This document shows, in pieces, positions 32,381-42,144 of a stretch of 64,000 bases of DNA. The notes beneath the pieces are model-generated. The model saw nothing but the letters and a program-made list of their open reading frames with translations, made no database searches and had not been told where the DNA came from. The position numbers were made by a program, and so were the translations under genes. The DNA lies in contig CBDCYI010000005.1 in assembly GCA_965224085.1 (NCBI GenBank), positions 1,120,001-1,184,000 of the forward strand, in the 5' to 3' direction. This DNA is from Candidatus Marinacidobacterales bacterium (GTDB lineage: Bacteria; Acidobacteriota; Vicinamibacteria; Marinacidobacterales; SMYC01). Each line of letters begins with the position of its first letter. Position 1 is the stretch's first letter.

Positions 32381-33736
32381 GTGAAGAAACTAGAGCTGTC
32401 TGAAGAGTCGATCCTCATCATCGGCAGAAGCCAAGCATCCTCGGACGCCGCCTCTACCTTGACGTCCGAATACTGGGCCGTCGAGGTCGTCGACGACTTG
32501 TCCCAGGCCGAAGCCGAGCTGACCAAACAGCAGCACCAGGTCATCATTCTCGACACCGATTCCGTCAGCGAGCCGTCGTGGCGGGTGATGGAGATTCTTC
32601 GGGACGGCGCGGGGCATGCTGCGATCTTGCTCCTTGTCACTCCCAATACACCGTGTGCTTCGTTCTCGAGCTATCGCCAGCGTCCGTCCGGTCTCATCTT
32701 GAAACCACTCGACCGGACCGCGCTCTTGATGGCCATCGACTCGGCCCTTGTCTTTCGAAAGCTCCTCGAGGAGAACCGCACGCTTAAACGCCAGCTCGGA
32801 AGCGCTGTCAGCCTCAGCGACTGGGTCGGGTGCACGCCCGAGTCCCAGGAAGTCCGTAAATCGATCGCCACCGCGGCACTCGCCACCGGCACGGTGCTCC
32901 TCGCCGGCGAGGACGGCACCGGCCGACGCCTGGCCGCCCAGCTTCTCCATCGCCACGGCCGTAATCCGGGCTCCACATTTCTGCCCATGGATCTAGAAAG
33001 CCTCCCCAAAGGCGAGTTCCGCCGGCTCCTGAACGAAATCCGGGAAGCCGCGGATACGGGTCGAGGCTATTACGTGCATGGCGCCCGGCCAGGCACCCTC
33101 TACCTTGCCAAGCTAACGGCGCTCGTTCCCGAAGACCAGGCCGCTCTCAAACAGTTTCTCCACGAGCCCCTGCCATTCCGTCTCATGACATCCGCCAACC
33201 CGTCACTTCTACCTAAGCTCGGCGAGCGAGGATTCGACCCTGAAGCCTTCGACGCCGCTTCCAAAATCACGATCGAGATTCCCGCTCTTCGGGAGCGACG
33301 CGGCGACATCCCCGTTCTCATCGATCACTTTCTCAAACGATTTTGCGAGCGGCTCGAGCTCAAACCCCTGGGCATCCCATCTTCCGCCATCGACAATTAC
33401 TCGAACTACGACTGGCCCGGCAATGTCGCGGAGCTCTCGATGATGATCGAAAGGGCCGTTTCGATCGCCTCCGCAGCCAAGTTCGATGGCACAACGCTGC
33501 CCGAGCACTTCTGCGCGCCTCCGTCCTTGACCGTTCCAGGGCCGAGTCGTCTGAAAAACGTTTCCCTCCGCGATCTCATCGCCGACATCGAGAAGCGCAT
33601 CATCGTGCAGACCCTCGAGCGCGTGGAAGGCAGCCAGAAAAAGGCTGCCGAGGAGCTACGCCTTAATCCGACGACGCTCCATGAAAAGATGAAACGTTAC
33701 AAGATCTTGCCCGAGCGAAGCCGCCAGCGCGCCTGA
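32381..33736 (+). CDS. Degenerate NtrC-like regulator (atypical REC, eroded AAA+, Fis-type HTH)
   Basis: GEDGTGRR, no GAFTGA, TLYLAKL at Walker B; LRERRGDI, WPGNVAEL and HTH retained. Confidence 0.8.
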   Translation: MKKLELSEESILIIGRSQASSDAASTLTSEYWAVEVVDDLSQAEAELTKQQHQVIILDTDSVSEPSWRVMEILRDGAGHAAILLLVTPNTPCASFSSYRQRPSGLILKPLDRTALLMAIDSALVFRKLLEENRTLKRQLGSAVSLSDWVGCTPESQEVRKSIATAALATGTVLLAGEDGTGRRLAAQLLHRHGRNPGSTFLPMDLESLPKGEFRRLLNEIREAADTGRGYYVHGARPGTLYLAKLTALVPEDQAALKQFLHEPLPFRLMTSANPSLLPKLGERGFDPEAFDAASKITIEIPALRERRGDIPVLIDHFLKRFCERLELKPLGIPSSAIDNYSNYDWPGNVAELSMMIERAVSIASAAKFDGTTLPEHFCAPPSLTVPGPSRLKNVSLRDLIADIEKRIIVQTLERVEGSQKKAAEELRLNPTTLHEKMKRYKILPERSRQRA

Positions 33737-33780
33737 TCCCGTGGCCCGAGATTTGTGTGACGAACTACTGATACAGGGAA
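33733..33780. repeat. Degenerate copy of the short element at 44811
   Basis: GGCCCGAGAT-TTGTGTGACGAACTACTGA-TACAGGGA. Confidence 0.6.
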
Positions 33781-33813
33781 CTGAACGGCCCAAGCAACTT
33801 TTTTAACCCACCA

Positions 33814-33843
33814 TTGACAAGTCGCGCTTTACGCGATTAGACT
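33814..33843 (+). promoter_or_regulatory. Sigma-70-like promoter of the pal-like gene
   Basis: TTGACA-18 nt-TAGACT. Confidence 0.45.
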
Positions 33844-33970
33844 ATCGCTCCAATCGAGGGTCCTACCTCGTTGGCTCAGTTGACGACACGCTTCTCGACA
33901 ATCCATGGATATAGACTGCGCGATGGACGAGAGAAGCAAGATGAACAAGAATCGCGCAGGAGGTGAGCAA

Positions 33971-34534
33971 GTGAAAAGATCTTGGATGGCCTCCCTGGGA
34001 TTGCTCCTAATCGCCCTCACGCTCGTCTTGGGACTGGCCGGTTGTGGAAAGGAACCACCGCCACCGCCACCACCACCACCGCCGCCGGAGGAGCCACCGC
34101 CACCACCGCCACCGCCGCCACCGCCGCCACCACCACCACCGCCGGCGCCGACGGACGCAGAGCTTTTTCAGCGGGCGTCGGTCGCAGAGCTGCAGCGCAA
34201 CCTCAGTGACGTCTATTTCGACTACGACCAGTCGGATTTGAGGGACGATGCACGCGCGTCGTTGTCGAACAACGCGGACTGGCTCAAGCTCAGCTACAAC
34301 ACCGCCGTCATCGAGGTGGAAGGGCATTGCGACAACCGCGGGACCGAGGGGTACAACCTGGCCCTTGGCGAAAGACGTGCTCGCGCCACCGTGGAATACC
34401 TGCAGTCGCTCGGTATCCCTGCGAATCGGCTCAAGATGGTGAGCTATGGCGAGGAGCGGCCGCAATGCACCGACGAGAACGAAAGCTGCTGGCAGCGCAA
34501 TCGCCGCGGGCACATTCGGATAGACGCTAAGTAA
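33971..34534 (+). CDS. pal: Pal/OmpA-family peptidoglycan-associated lipoprotein with a polyproline linker
   Basis: GGAGG RBS, lipobox LAGC, P11-EE-P17, VYFDYD, EGHCDNRGT, YNLALGERRA, SYGEERP, NRR. Confidence 0.85.
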   Translation: MKRSWMASLGLLLIALTLVLGLAGCGKEPPPPPPPPPPPEEPPPPPPPPPPPPPPPPPAPTDAELFQRASVAELQRNLSDVYFDYDQSDLRDDARASLSNNADWLKLSYNTAVIEVEGHCDNRGTEGYNLALGERRARATVEYLQSLGIPANRLKMVSYGEERPQCTDENESCWQRNRRGHIRIDAK

Positions 34535-34591
34535 ACCTGGAGAGTCCCGTGACGCTTTGCGTCGCGGGACTCTTCATGAGGCATTCAGCAT

Positions 34592-34846
34592 TCAGGTCTC
34601 TTTTCGGAGGCGCTCCCTCAGATCTGTGGCCTTTGCGCGGTGTTTGAAGGCTTGGCTTCCGTTCACGAAGAGCACCGGGACGTCTTCGCCGTACCTCTTT
34701 TCTAGGGCCGGGTCCTTTGAGATGTCGATCTCTCGTAGGTCGATGTTTAGGCCCTTAGAGGCTTCCTTTAGGGCTTGCTTCATCTTGTCGCACAGCCGGC
34801 AGCCTGGCCGGGTCAGGAGCTCGATCTCTATCGGGGGGGCGCTCAT
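34592..34846 (-). CDS. Glutaredoxin-like protein (DUF836)
   Basis: TRPGCRLCD...IDIS...VPVL. Confidence 0.8.
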   Translation of the reverse strand: MSAPPIEIELLTRPGCRLCDKMKQALKEASKGLNIDLREIDISKDPALEKRYGEDVPVLFVNGSQAFKHRAKATDLRERLRKET

Positions 34847-35553
34847 GCGTTTTCTAGCTCGTCTCGGATCTTTTTTGCGGCGTCGCGCGGATCGCTTTGC
34901 CGCGTGATTGCGCGGCCAACCACGATGTAGCGGGCGCCGTCGCGTGCGACTTTGGCAGGGGTTGCGACGCGTTTTTGGTCGTGGCTCGCGGCCGCCCAAG
35001 CGGGACGGACGCCCGGGACGAGCACATCGAGCTGACCTTCGGTCGCTTCGCGCACCGCTCGGACCTCGAGAGGCGAAGCCACCACACCATCAAGGCCCGA
35101 GGCCGCCGCGAGCCTCGCGAGACGCACGACCTGATCCTCGCTCGAGCTCACGATACCCACTTCGCGCAAGTCGTCATCAGCAAGGTGCGTCAGTACGGTG
35201 ACACCGAACACGCGAGGCCCCGTTGTGCCCATAACGATCGACGCGCACTTTCGCGCGGCCTTAGACGCCGCCTCCATCATCGCGCGGCCTCCCGCCGCGT
35301 GCACGTCGACGATAGGCACGCCTGCGCTCGCCGCGACGGCGACCGCTCCCGCCACTGTGTTCGGTATATCGTGGAACTTCAAATCGAGAAAAACCCGGCT
35401 CGCCGTCAGCTCTTCGAGAATGCGCGGGCCAACCGCGGTGAAGAGCTCTTTGCCGACCTTGAATAAATCAACCACGTCCGACAGCTCGTCTCGAAGTCGC
35501 AACGCCTTGTCGAGCGAGTCGACATCGACCGCGACGATGAGCTCCGTCGTCAT
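34843..35553 (-). CDS. pyrF: Orotidine 5'-phosphate decarboxylase
   Basis: LIVAVD, FLDLKFHDIPNT, PGVRP, VVGRAI. Confidence 0.95.
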   Translation of the reverse strand: MTTELIVAVDVDSLDKALRLRDELSDVVDLFKVGKELFTAVGPRILEELTASRVFLDLKFHDIPNTVAGAVAVAASAGVPIVDVHAAGGRAMMEAASKAARKCASIVMGTTGPRVFGVTVLTHLADDDLREVGIVSSSEDQVVRLARLAAASGLDGVVASPLEVRAVREATEGQLDVLVPGVRPAWAAASHDQKRVATPAKVARDGARYIVVGRAITRQSDPRDAAKKIRDELENA

Positions 35554-36470
35554 GAAAGGACACCGCCTGTCAGCTCCGAAATCGACTCGACGTCGTGGCG
35601 CTCGCAATAGGCCTCGAGCCCGTCCAGCGTGCACCGCCACACGGACGGGTCGACGAAGCTCATCGTGCCGATTTGCACCGCCGAAGCACCCGCGAGGATG
35701 AACTCGAGCGCGTCTTCGTGTGACGTGATTCCCCCGATCCCGATGATGGGGATATTCACAGCTCTCGCTGTCTGGTAGACCATCCGCACCGCGATGGGAC
35801 GGATAGCGGGACCGGACAGCCCCCCCACGACGTTCGCGAGGCGGGGACGACGGCTCTCCACGTCGATCGCCATGGCCGGCATCGTATTGATGAGTGAGAC
35901 CGCGTCCGCGCCGGCCGCTTCGACACTCCGCGCCACCACCGTTATGTCGGTGACGTTGGGACTGAGCTTGGGGATGATCGGAAGCTTCGTCTGCGCTCGA
36001 ACCGCCGCGGTCACCCGCGCCGCCATGTCCGGATCGCATCCGAAGAGAATCCCGCCCTCTTGGACGTTGGGGCAAGAAATGTTCATCTCGATGGCATGGA
36101 CGCCGTCGACGCCGTCGAGGATATGCGCAAGCTCTTGGTATTCCTCCAAAGTGTTGCCGCAAATGTTGACGAGGACGGTCGTCCCGAGCTCACGAAGCCG
36201 AGGCATTTTTTCGTCGATGAAGCGCCGGATACCCACTTCTTGAAGGCCGATCGCGTTCAACATCCCCGAAGGCGTTTCCCAGATCCGAGGAGGCGGGCAG
36301 CCTTCGCGAGGCTCGAGGTAGAGGCCTTTTACCGCGATGCCGCCAATGGCTTCGTAGTCGACAACGTCGAGATATTCGGTCCCGTAACCGAAAGTGCCGC
36401 TCGCAGCGATGAGCGGGGTTCGGAACCGGAGGCTTTTGAACGACACGCTCAGGTCGGGTTTTACCGTCAT
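35550..36470 (-). CDS. pyrD: Dihydroorotate dehydrogenase type 1B, catalytic subunit
   Basis: ASGTFG, NISCPN, KLSPN, GGLSG. Confidence 0.95.
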   Translation of the reverse strand: MTVKPDLSVSFKSLRFRTPLIAASGTFGYGTEYLDVVDYEAIGGIAVKGLYLEPREGCPPPRIWETPSGMLNAIGLQEVGIRRFIDEKMPRLRELGTTVLVNICGNTLEEYQELAHILDGVDGVHAIEMNISCPNVQEGGILFGCDPDMAARVTAAVRAQTKLPIIPKLSPNVTDITVVARSVEAAGADAVSLINTMPAMAIDVESRRPRLANVVGGLSGPAIRPIAVRMVYQTARAVNIPIIGIGGITSHEDALEFILAGASAVQIGTMSFVDPSVWRCTLDGLEAYCERHDVESISELTGGVLS

Positions 36471-37252
36471 AGCGGGTGTGGGTCGCGCTCCCACGCGATG
36501 ACGCTTGCATCGAAGACGGGACCTTCAGTGCAGGAGCGCACATACGCGCTCGTATAGACGACACAGCCGAGACAGCACCCCATACCGCAGCCCATGCGCC
36601 GCTCGAGCGAGACCTCGTGGGGGACACCTTTGGCCGCGGCGAGCTCGGCGACGCTCAACAACATGGGCGTCGGTCCGCAGGAATAGAGCTGGGTCTCGCC
36701 ATCGAGCGCGTCGTCGACCAGCGCTGTGACACGGCCCATGGTGCCCACGCTGCCATCCTCGGTCGTACAGCGCACATCCATTCCGAGCGCCTCGAACACC
36801 TCGCGCAGATACAGGTCATGCGCGGTCCGGCCTCCGAGTAGAACGAGGGCCACTTTCCCCACCGAGCTCAAAGCCCGGCAAAAGGCGACAAAGGGGGCGA
36901 TACCCACCCCGCCCGCGACGACGACAGGGCGTTTGGCATCGGGCGGCATCGAGAAAGCGGAGCCGAGGGGTCCTAGACAATCGGCCTCGTCGCCCGGAAG
37001 GAGCCGCGCCAGAGCGCGCGTACCCCGTCCTACCTCTTTCACGAGCAAACTGAACCGCCCAGCTGCGACATCGGCGTCGCAAAACGAATAGGGGCGGCGG
37101 AGCAACAGGCCGTCGTCGCTAGGCAGGCGCAGCATCGTGAACTGCCCCGGTCGGAACTCGTTCGCAAGAAAGTCGGATTCGAACTCGAGAAGGCTGGCAT
37201 CCTGCGAGAGGGCACGCCGCTCCAAAAGCTTAGCCCTCACGTCCCGTCTCAT
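36467..37252 (-). CDS. pyrK: Dihydroorotate dehydrogenase electron-transfer subunit
   Basis: RRPYS, GGVGIAP, CGP, MGCGMGCCLGC...CTEGPVF. Confidence 0.92.
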   Translation of the reverse strand: MRRDVRAKLLERRALSQDASLLEFESDFLANEFRPGQFTMLRLPSDDGLLLRRPYSFCDADVAAGRFSLLVKEVGRGTRALARLLPGDEADCLGPLGSAFSMPPDAKRPVVVAGGVGIAPFVAFCRALSSVGKVALVLLGGRTAHDLYLREVFEALGMDVRCTTEDGSVGTMGRVTALVDDALDGETQLYSCGPTPMLLSVAELAAAKGVPHEVSLERRMGCGMGCCLGCVVYTSAYVRSCTEGPVFDASVIAWERDPHPL

Positions 37253-37280
37253 CGGGGTGAGAGTATATCGCAGCGAGTTC

Positions 37281-37931
37281 TCAGGCCGCGTAGACGATGT
37301 TGTGGATGCGGCCGATCTTACCGCGCTGCGTGAGTCGGTAGAAACTCCGGAGCTCTGGAAGTAGAGCGCTCAAACGATCGCGCGCAAGGGCCGCTTGAAC
37401 GACGTGGGTGCAGTAGCGGGAGGCGAGCGAAGCCGCGGCTTTGTAACGCTCACGCGTCATCGGTTCCAGCTCGCGACGAATCTCGAAATCGCCAAAGAGC
37501 CGGTCGAGCAAATTACGGGGCACCCTGCCGTCATTCCGTGACGCCAGAAGGATCGTCGAAGTGATGAACTTGTCCACTTCTGCTTGAAGCTCGAGCTCGA
37601 GTTGGGTCACACGCCTCTCGCGCGACGCACTAAAGTGCAGATAAGCGAAATGGCTGACCTCTTCGATCGCCGTCACGAGCAGCTCGAAACTTTCGGCACG
37701 GATCGACGTCGTCAGGTCGATCTCTGAAAGCTGGTCGAGCGCCTCTTCCCCGATATAGACGCCGAGCTCGAGCTCCTCACGGCTATGCCCCTCGCGCACC
37801 ATCACGGCCGCGCGCGCTGCATCGTGGCCGAGACGCGCGCACATATCCGAAGAAATGAGAAAATCCTCGATATCGACTTCGAGCTCGAGACCGTAAACAC
37901 GATCGATGTGTCGAAAAATAGAGTCGAGCAT
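37281..37931 (-). CDS. Conserved hypothetical protein (EEVSHF...ELELQAEVDK)
   Basis: 216-aa ORF with acidic/His motifs suggesting metal binding. Confidence 0.7.
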   Translation of the reverse strand: MLDSIFRHIDRVYGLELEVDIEDFLISSDMCARLGHDAARAAVMVREGHSREELELGVYIGEEALDQLSEIDLTTSIRAESFELLVTAIEEVSHFAYLHFSASRERRVTQLELELQAEVDKFITSTILLASRNDGRVPRNLLDRLFGDFEIRRELEPMTRERYKAAASLASRYCTHVVQAALARDRLSALLPELRSFYRLTQRGKIGRIHNIVYAA

Positions 37932-37936
37932 AGTCT

Positions 37937-38512
37937 TCAGTGCACCTGCTTGGCCGATCGATCGAGAAGGATCCCCTCACGCTCGAGAAGCCGCCTGCTT
38001 CGCTCGCTTCCCGATTCGAGCCAACGCCCGTATAGGCGCAAAATCGAAGGTGCATCGGTGATCGCACTTTCTTCACTGACCTCGTGCAAAACGTCCACGA
38101 AGCGGCGAAATTTCTTAGAGAGCTCTTCGAACATCGCCGCGGCGTCGCGAGGGCTGAGCTCTGGGGCGCGCCCATAAGCAGAACCTCCCATGCGCATATA
38201 GTAGTCGAGCTCGACACGGCGGCGCACGATGCTGTCGGCAAAAAATCCGGAAACGAAGAGCGCTACATCGCCGGTGAGCTTGAGTTTTGTGAAACGCTCG
38301 CTGCCGCAACTCCTAAGAGCCTCGCAATAGAGTTCGGCGAGTGTCGCTTCAGGACCCGCCTCACACTGTTCGATCGCGACGAAGTTATCGAGGAGCTTCA
38401 CGAGATAGAAGGAGGAGAGCTCGCTCGATCGAAAATTCTGGCGGGCCATCACCTTCTCCACAACCTCCCTGAAATATTCGATCGGAGTCTCTGAGTGAAG
38501 TAGCCTGTCCAT
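37937..38512 (-). CDS. Conserved hypothetical protein (GDVALFVSGFF...YYMRMGGSAY)
   Basis: AAAGGAGG RBS before ATG 38512; paired with the downstream gene. Confidence 0.7.
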   Translation of the reverse strand: MDRLLHSETPIEYFREVVEKVMARQNFRSSELSSFYLVKLLDNFVAIEQCEAGPEATLAELYCEALRSCGSERFTKLKLTGDVALFVSGFFADSIVRRRVELDYYMRMGGSAYGRAPELSPRDAAAMFEELSKKFRRFVDVLHEVSEESAITDAPSILRLYGRWLESGSERSRRLLEREGILLDRSAKQVH

Positions 38513-38628
38513 GATGTTGCCTCCTTTCGAGCTAGCTGACCTTGATTCTTTTGAATGCAATTTGCGTGCACAACGAGGCGTAACGGGGACGCGAGCAGAA
38601 GCTGTTGAAAAGACAATTGAACCTTAAT

Positions 38629-38823
38629 TACAGTTTTCTCGATGGTTGAACGGGTGACAAAAACTGTCCCAAAACGGGTCGCAAAGATCAAAAGATGTCG
38701 ACTAGCAGTCTAGGGAGACAGAGTGCTACAGTTTTCTCGATGGTTGAACGGGTGACAAAAACTGTCCCAAAACGGGTCGCAAAGATCAAAAGATGTCGAC
38801 TAGCAGTCTAGGGAGACGAGTGC
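38629..38823. repeat. Tandem duplication of about 98 bp (38629-38726, 38727-38823)
   Basis: Copies identical except for one extra A in copy 1. Confidence 0.9.
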
Positions 38824-38826
38824 TAA
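38800..38826 (-). promoter_or_regulatory. CIRCE (HrcA operator)
   Basis: Minus strand TTAGCACTC-N9-GACTGCTAG versus consensus TTAGCACTC-N9-GAGTGCTAA. Confidence 0.75.
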
Positions 38827-38879
38827 TTCATCGCGGTATCGGCGACGTTCAGGATTCAGCACTCAAGAAATGTTTGTGG

Positions 38880-40499
38880 CTACTCGACAAACGTGACTTT
38901 GTTGATGTCGGCGAGGGTGGTGATGCCAGCGAAGACTTTTTCGAGCGCTTGCTTGCGCAGGGACGTCATGCCACCGTCCTCGGCCGCGTGTTTGAGCTCA
39001 GCGCTGCTGCGTCTTTCGAGAATCAGCTGACGCAGACGATCATTGAGACTCAGAAGCTCGCACACCGCCGTGCGTCCATAAAAGCCTGTTCCGTGACATT
39101 TGTAGCATCCGCGACCGACGAAGAACCCGCGATCGCGATCGGCGCTCTCGAGCCCCGACAGCTCGAGCTCCGCCGAGCTCACGGTAGCCGGCTCACGACA
39201 TTCGCCGCAAATGCTGCGCACGAGACGCTGCGCCATGACGCAATTCAGCGCGGACACGAAGTTGTAAGGCTCGACGCCCATATGCAAGAAACGGCCGATG
39301 ACATCGAAGGCGTTGTTCGCGTGAACCGTCGTGAACATGAGGTGGCCCGTCAAAGCCGCCTGCACCGCGATCTGCGCGGTCTCGCCATCACGCACCTCAC
39401 CGACCATGATCGTATCCGGATCGTGACGCAGCACCGACCTCAAGCCGCGAGCGAAAGTCAATCCTTTCTTCTCGTTCACGGGGATCTGCGTGATGTTGGG
39501 CAGCCGATACTCGACGGGGTCTTCGATGGTGACGATCTTCTCTTCCGGTGTTGCGATCTCGGAGAGCGCCGCATAGAGCGTCGTCGTCTTACCGCTTCCG
39601 GTCGGTCCGGTAACGAGCACCATGCCATAGGGCTCGTGGATGAACTTTCGAAATCGCTTCAGCTCGTGATCCCGAAACCCGAGGAGCTCGAGCCGAAGTT
39701 CCGAGAACTGCTCGCTGATGGACTCCTTGTCCAGGATCCGTATGACGACGTCTTCGCCATAGATACTCGGCATGATCGAGACGCGGAAGTCGATCGGGCG
39801 CGATCGAATCTTGAGCTTGAAGCGGCCATCCTGGGGGATCCGTTTCTCGGCAACGTCGAGCTCCGCCATAACCTTGAGCCGCGAAACGATCGCCCTGTGG
39901 TGCTGGCGGTCGACGGGATCCATCGCGGGGTAGAGAACCCCATCGATACGGTACTTCAGCAATACTTTCTCTTCTTTGGTCTCGACGTGAATGTCGCTCG
40001 CGCGGCGCTCGATACCGTTGAGCAAGAGGGAGTGGACGAGTTTGATGATGGGGCTCGACGTCTCAGACGTCGCTTCGAGCTCTTCGTGTTCGTTGTCGTC
40101 TTCGGAGACGAGCTCGAGCTTGAGCTCCTCGGAAGCTTTGTCGAGCAGGAAGCTCGAGCCTCGGTTGCGTTTCAGGATCGCTTCGATTTGAAACGCCGCT
40201 GCAACTTCGATCTCGAGCGGCCGGCCCAGCGTGAGCTCGAGCTCATCGAGCTCTCGATAGCGCTCGGGCTCCGCCACCGCCACCACGACGCTTCCGTCCT
40301 GCTCCCGAAGCGGGACGACCCGGTAGCGCAGAATGGAGTCCAGGGGGATCTGCTGCCACACGGATAGGTTCTCGCGAAAAAGTGCGAGGTCGACGAATGC
40401 GAAGCCGAGGTGGTGGGCGAGGCGCTTCGCGTTCGCGAACTCTTCCTCTTGCGCCGCGGCCCCGGTATCCTGCCCGAGGGCGCTTTCGGTCTCGCTCAA
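38880..40499 (-). CDS. GspE/PilB-family secretion/pilus assembly ATPase
   Basis: ASDIH, PQDG, GPTGSGKTT, EDPVE, TGHL, CxxC...CxxC. Confidence 0.9.
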   Translation of the reverse strand: MSETESALGQDTGAAAQEEEFANAKRLAHHLGFAFVDLALFRENLSVWQQIPLDSILRYRVVPLREQDGSVVVAVAEPERYRELDELELTLGRPLEIEVAAAFQIEAILKRNRGSSFLLDKASEELKLELVSEDDNEHEELEATSETSSPIIKLVHSLLLNGIERRASDIHVETKEEKVLLKYRIDGVLYPAMDPVDRQHHRAIVSRLKVMAELDVAEKRIPQDGRFKLKIRSRPIDFRVSIMPSIYGEDVVIRILDKESISEQFSELRLELLGFRDHELKRFRKFIHEPYGMVLVTGPTGSGKTTTLYAALSEIATPEEKIVTIEDPVEYRLPNITQIPVNEKKGLTFARGLRSVLRHDPDTIMVGEVRDGETAQIAVQAALTGHLMFTTVHANNAFDVIGRFLHMGVEPYNFVSALNCVMAQRLVRSICGECREPATVSSAELELSGLESADRDRGFFVGRGCYKCHGTGFYGRTAVCELLSLNDRLRQLILERRSSAELKHAAEDGGMTSLRKQALEKVFAGITTLADINKVTFVE

Positions 40500-40711
40500 C
40501 CGCCTTGTCCTTTCTTTTCGCGTGATGACGATTCGACTTCATGCTAGACGCCCGGACGACGCCCTGTCAAACCGCGAACGCCCGTAACCTTATGACTGCG
40601 CGCCGCTTTGACATTCCTCGGTGCCAGTGCGACAATGCTTGAAACTCTCCCGCGGGACCCCTCTCGACAACGTGTATTCGGGGTTTCGTCGCCTGGTTCG
40701 ACGATCGAGAC

Positions 40712-42058
40712 ATGGATTTCCTGAAGAGCTTCCTTCCAGCGCCCGTCGTAGACGTTCTGCTGGTCATCATCGTCGTCTACGTCGCCATCAAGAAAGGGAT
40801 CCAAAAGCTTCAGGACACTGGCCACTGGGACCGCCTCCTCGAAAAGCTTCCCGGGGCCGAGCAGCTCCAGCTTCGGCGCTTCGAGGGGGAGATCAAACGG
40901 CTCGAAAAAGGGGGTGACCTCGCGGGGGCGGCACGCCTCTACGAAGAGGCGGAGTGGTACCCCGAGGCCATCAACATGTATATCCAAGCCGAGGAATACA
41001 ATTCCGCCGCCGCGCTCCACGAGGAGCTCGAGCAGTGGGAGCGCGCGGCCGACATGTACTTCCAAGGAGAAGATTGGAAACGCGCTGCGCAAATGCTCGT
41101 GAAAGTCGGCAAACATGCTGAAGCTGCCAAACACTACGAGCAGCACGGACAGAAGATCGACGCCGCCAAGCTCTACTTCGACGCAGCTCTCTACGACAAA
41201 GCCGCCGAGCTCTACGAAGACGTCTCCTATTTTCCGCAAGCCGCGAAGTGCTTCGAGAAGCTCGGGGAACATGTCAAAGCAGCCCAGAACTACGAGCAGC
41301 AGTGGTCAGCATCGAGTTCCGCTGGAGGTGGGGGGCTCATCGCCGCAGGCTCCGATCGAGAATCCAGGATCGCCCTGCACGCGGGAAAGCTCTACGAGAA
41401 AGGTGGCGCGCCCGAGCGGGCCGCCGAGCTCTACAAGCGAGCCGGTCTCTCGCAGCAGGCGGCGGAGCTCGCCGCCAAGGAGGGTCGCTACCTGGACGCC
41501 GCGGAGATGCTCCTCAAAGAGGAGAACCTGAAAGGCGCGGCCGAGATGTTCGAAAAAGCCGGTAAGAACGAGCGGGCGGCCCTATTGCACGGAGAGATCG
41601 CCTTTCACGCCGGAGATAACGCCGCGGCCGCCGACCATTTCCTCAAAGGCGGTGACAATCCGCGTGCCGCGGAGCTCTACGAATCCGTGGGCGATCTGGA
41701 AGGGGCCGCGCGATGCTATGAGAAAGGCGACGCGCCTCTACAAGCGGCAGGGGTTTATCTGCGTGCTGGCGAGAAACAAAAAGCCGCTGTGATGTTTGAG
41801 GAAGGGGGCGACCGCGAGCAGGCCGCGAAGCTCTACGACGAGATCAAGGACTACTCGAAGGCCTCTGAGCTCTACGAACAGAGCGGACGCTTTTGCGAAG
41901 CAGGCAAGCTGGCAAAGCAGCAAGGCGACGGCGACCGCGCCATTCAGCTGCTGCAGCAGATCGACGGAAGCCACGATCACTATGACGACGCCACGCTCGT
42001 GCTAGCGCGCTTGTTCATCGAGAAGAACATGCCCGCGCTCGCCGTGGACAAGCTCGAG
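40712..42058 (+). pseudogene. 5' part (TM + TPR-like repeats) of a TPR-Ser/Thr kinase gene interrupted by IS110
   Basis: AAxLYE repeats; frame continues at 43744 once the IS is removed (DKLE|RLLGG). Confidence 0.85.
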
Positions 42059-42144
42059 TGATGGGATGGACTCCTCCGCTGACATAGACGGCATCGATGT
42101 GCCAAAGTCAGTCGAAAGAACGCATCGAAAAAGGAGGAGTCCGA

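Noticed and set aside
34843-36162. 439-aa extended PyrF
   Set aside because: The N-terminal half is an alternative frame of pyrD; the real start is ATG 35553
42059-42061. TGA read-through fusing the TPR gene with the transposase
   Set aside because: The TGA is the first bases of the IS and another in-frame stop follows
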